The notes beneath the pieces were generated by a model, which was not told the origin of the DNA, ran no database searches, and saw only the letters and a list, made by a program, of their open reading frames with translations. 64,000 bases of DNA from an uncultured Methanomicrobiales archaeon (GTDB lineage: Archaea; Halobacteriota; Methanomicrobia; Methanomicrobiales; Methanospirillaceae): positions 1,344,001 to 1,408,000 of the forward strand of contig OY969100.1 in assembly GCA_963697895.1 (NCBI GenBank), read 5' to 3'. A program made the position numbers and the translations under genes. Shown here one piece after another: positions 62,314 through 64,000 of this stretch; the stretch's first letter is position 1, and each line of letters begins with the position of its first letter.

Positions 62314-63070
62314 CTGTGCCTCCCTCAATGATCGTGCCTCCGGTCGCTGTTCCGTCCAGAAAATCACCCAGCCGGGAGATATGAAAGATCTCAGATCTGA
62401 CCCCGGCACGGGCAAGTTCCATGAGTTCCCGTACCTTCCCCTCCATCCCTCCGGTCACGTCTGTATACACGGATCGACCGATAGAGAATTCTCCTGCTCT
62501 TTCGGGAGTGAGAAGGGGGATGACCTGCCCGCTCGAGAGTACCCCCGGGACATCGGTTGCGAGGCCAATACGTTCGAGCGGCATCAATCCTCCGAGATAC
62601 CGGACAAACTGATCTCCGGATATGATACAGGCTCCCCGTGTCAGATCCAAAACAACATCTCCATGAAGGACCGGGACGATATGAAGGCCGAGCATCAGCG
62701 ACAACTGGCGGTATTCACAGGAGACCAGGCGGCCACCATCCGCAAGACAACCATGCATCGGGTGGATGCCGACCGCCTCGACTCCCTGTTCACGAAGCGC
62801 TGCGACCACCGATTCATTCAACCGGCAGACCGCTTCATGCGTGATGGCGATTCCTTCCCGGTTCTGCTGATCCACGCCATGGGACAACCCGTATGCACGG
62901 GCCTCCGGGTGCCCGCACGAACCGGCTCCATGAATAATAATGATTGAGAGCTCTTCACGGGCGCCGATCTCCCCCGCTATCTGCCGGAGTGCTGCATGAT
63001 CGATGCTACAATCACCGCTTTTATCGGTGATGATGCTCCCGCCCAGCTTTAGAAGGATACGTTCAGACAT
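62300..63070 (-). CDS. ipk: isopentenyl phosphate kinase
   Basis: LKLGGSIITDK, IHGAGSCGH, PVLHGD, SGD, DVTGGMEGK. Confidence 0.93.
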   Translation of the reverse strand: MSERILLKLGGSIITDKSGDCSIDHAALRQIAGEIGAREELSIIIIHGAGSCGHPEARAYGLSHGVDQQNREGIAITHEAVCRLNESVVAALREQGVEAVGIHPMHGCLADGGRLVSCEYRQLSLMLGLHIVPVLHGDVVLDLTRGACIISGDQFVRYLGGLMPLERIGLATDVPGVLSSGQVIPLLTPERAGEFSIGRSVYTDVTGGMEGKVRELMELARAGVRSEIFHISRLGDFLDGTATGGTIIEGGTDVGA

Positions 63071-63932
63071 CTTTCTCCTTTCTTACCCCTTCGGTATCGA
63101 TCGTGGTTATGAAAGCCCGGGCATCGCATGCCTCGATTGCACTGGCGATCCGGCTCTTCTGGGTCTTCGGGCAGAGGGCGATCATACACCCTCCCCCTCC
63201 CGCTCCGGTTAGTTTGGCACCATATGCCCCAGCAGCACGTGATGCGAGCACCAGGCGCGAGAGTGCCGGATGTCCGACGCCGATCGCATCGAGCAGTGCA
63301 TGATTCATGTTCATCAGTTTTCCCAGTTCGGGAGGGTCACCGATATGATGCATCGCTTTCATAGTGATCGCTCCGATCGCTTCCAGCACCGGGTTGCAGA
63401 TCTCAGGATTTTTTTTCCTCAGATCTGCTACCAGTTCAACCATTTTCGATGTATTATGGGAGATCAGGGAATTGCCGATCACCAGCGGAAATTGCTCGGG
63501 CGGTAACCTCCTTCGTGAACTGCCGGTGACAAGGACCAGACCTCCGAATGTGGAAACGGATGTGTCGGTCGCACTTGCTCTCCCCTTCTGGACCTTTTTT
63601 TCGATCGTGAATGCGATGTTTGCGATCTCCTCGCGGGTTCGCCCGAGGGTGAACTCGTCGTTGATGGCCGAGAGTGTGGCAACGGTGACCGCTGCGGATG
63701 AACCAAGACCGGATGAGCTCGGGAGTTGCGAATTCACGTAGATGCTCCCTTTAACTCCCATTTCCTCGAAGCAGTTGTCGATGTAGGGGGATTTGGCCCG
63801 ATGGGCGGTCTTGCTCTTTCTTACGGTCACAAATACCCTTGGCTTTATCGCCATCGCCATACCGGGTTTCCCATAGACCACCGCATGCTCCCCGAACAGA
63901 AAGACCTTTCCGGGGGCACTCCATGTTGCCAC
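63063..63932 (-). CDS. mvk: mevalonate kinase
   Basis: SAPGKVFLFGEHAVVYG, PSSSGLGSSAA, KLTGAGGGGC. Confidence 0.94.
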   Translation of the reverse strand: MATWSAPGKVFLFGEHAVVYGKPGMAMAIKPRVFVTVRKSKTAHRAKSPYIDNCFEEMGVKGSIYVNSQLPSSSGLGSSAAVTVATLSAINDEFTLGRTREEIANIAFTIEKKVQKGRASATDTSVSTFGGLVLVTGSSRRRLPPEQFPLVIGNSLISHNTSKMVELVADLRKKNPEICNPVLEAIGAITMKAMHHIGDPPELGKLMNMNHALLDAIGVGHPALSRLVLASRAAGAYGAKLTGAGGGGCMIALCPKTQKSRIASAIEACDARAFITTIDTEGVRKEKDV

Positions 63933-63933
63933 C

Positions 63934-64000
63934 CTATATCACCGCGACAGCCGCATACCCCACGACTTCCCGGTCACCGGTGACATCCCCGCTGGTCGCG
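63934..64000 (-). CDS. amrB: C-terminus of MEMO1 / AmmeMemoRadiSam protein B; truncated by window edge
   Basis: Minus strand reads ...ATSGDVTGDREVVGYAAVAVI*, the typical MEMO1 C-terminus, in its usual position upstream of archaeal mvk. Confidence 0.8.
   Translation of the reverse strand, partial: ATSGDVTGDREVVGYAAVAVI

Overview
GC-rich chromosomal window from an archaeal methanogen. The 16S rRNA contains CGGATAATTCGGGGCATGCTG (+ strand, 30208-30228), the target of the Methanomicrobiales probe MG1200. Together with cofC/cofG/cofE this points to Methanomicrobiales (Methanoregula/Methanolinea-like is an inference). Layout: (1) 1-21 kb, accessory envelope and signalling region. It holds a secreted-proteolysis cluster (papain-family C1A protease, G1 glutamic protease, inhibitory-type serpin, anchored TPR protein, secreted Hint-domain protein), a UbiA prenyltransferase + GGR-like flavoprotein pair, a TMEM175 channel and PAS proteins. 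(2) ~21.2-26.4 kb, AT-rich island with an origin-like GTTCCCA repeat/palindrome array, an IS1595-family element and a tight three-gene operon of unrecognised proteins. (3) Minus-strand rRNA operon with order 16S-tRNA-Ala-23S-tRNA-Cys-5S. (4) A multi-PAS histidine kinase and a membrane-anchored wHTH regulator. (5) smc-scpA, separated by five copies of the scpA start region that form a chain of overlapping mini-ORFs. (6) glyA-folD-folP-cofE-like folate operon, cofC/cofG-purCSQ-FTR, UbiB kinase, RNB nuclease. (7) The conserved archaeal amrB-mvk-ipk-fni-rnj-idsA-gltX cluster. Five single-base frameshifts in homopolymer runs (two in cofC and rnj) suggest assembly errors. All calls come from reading motifs by eye; no database searches were run.
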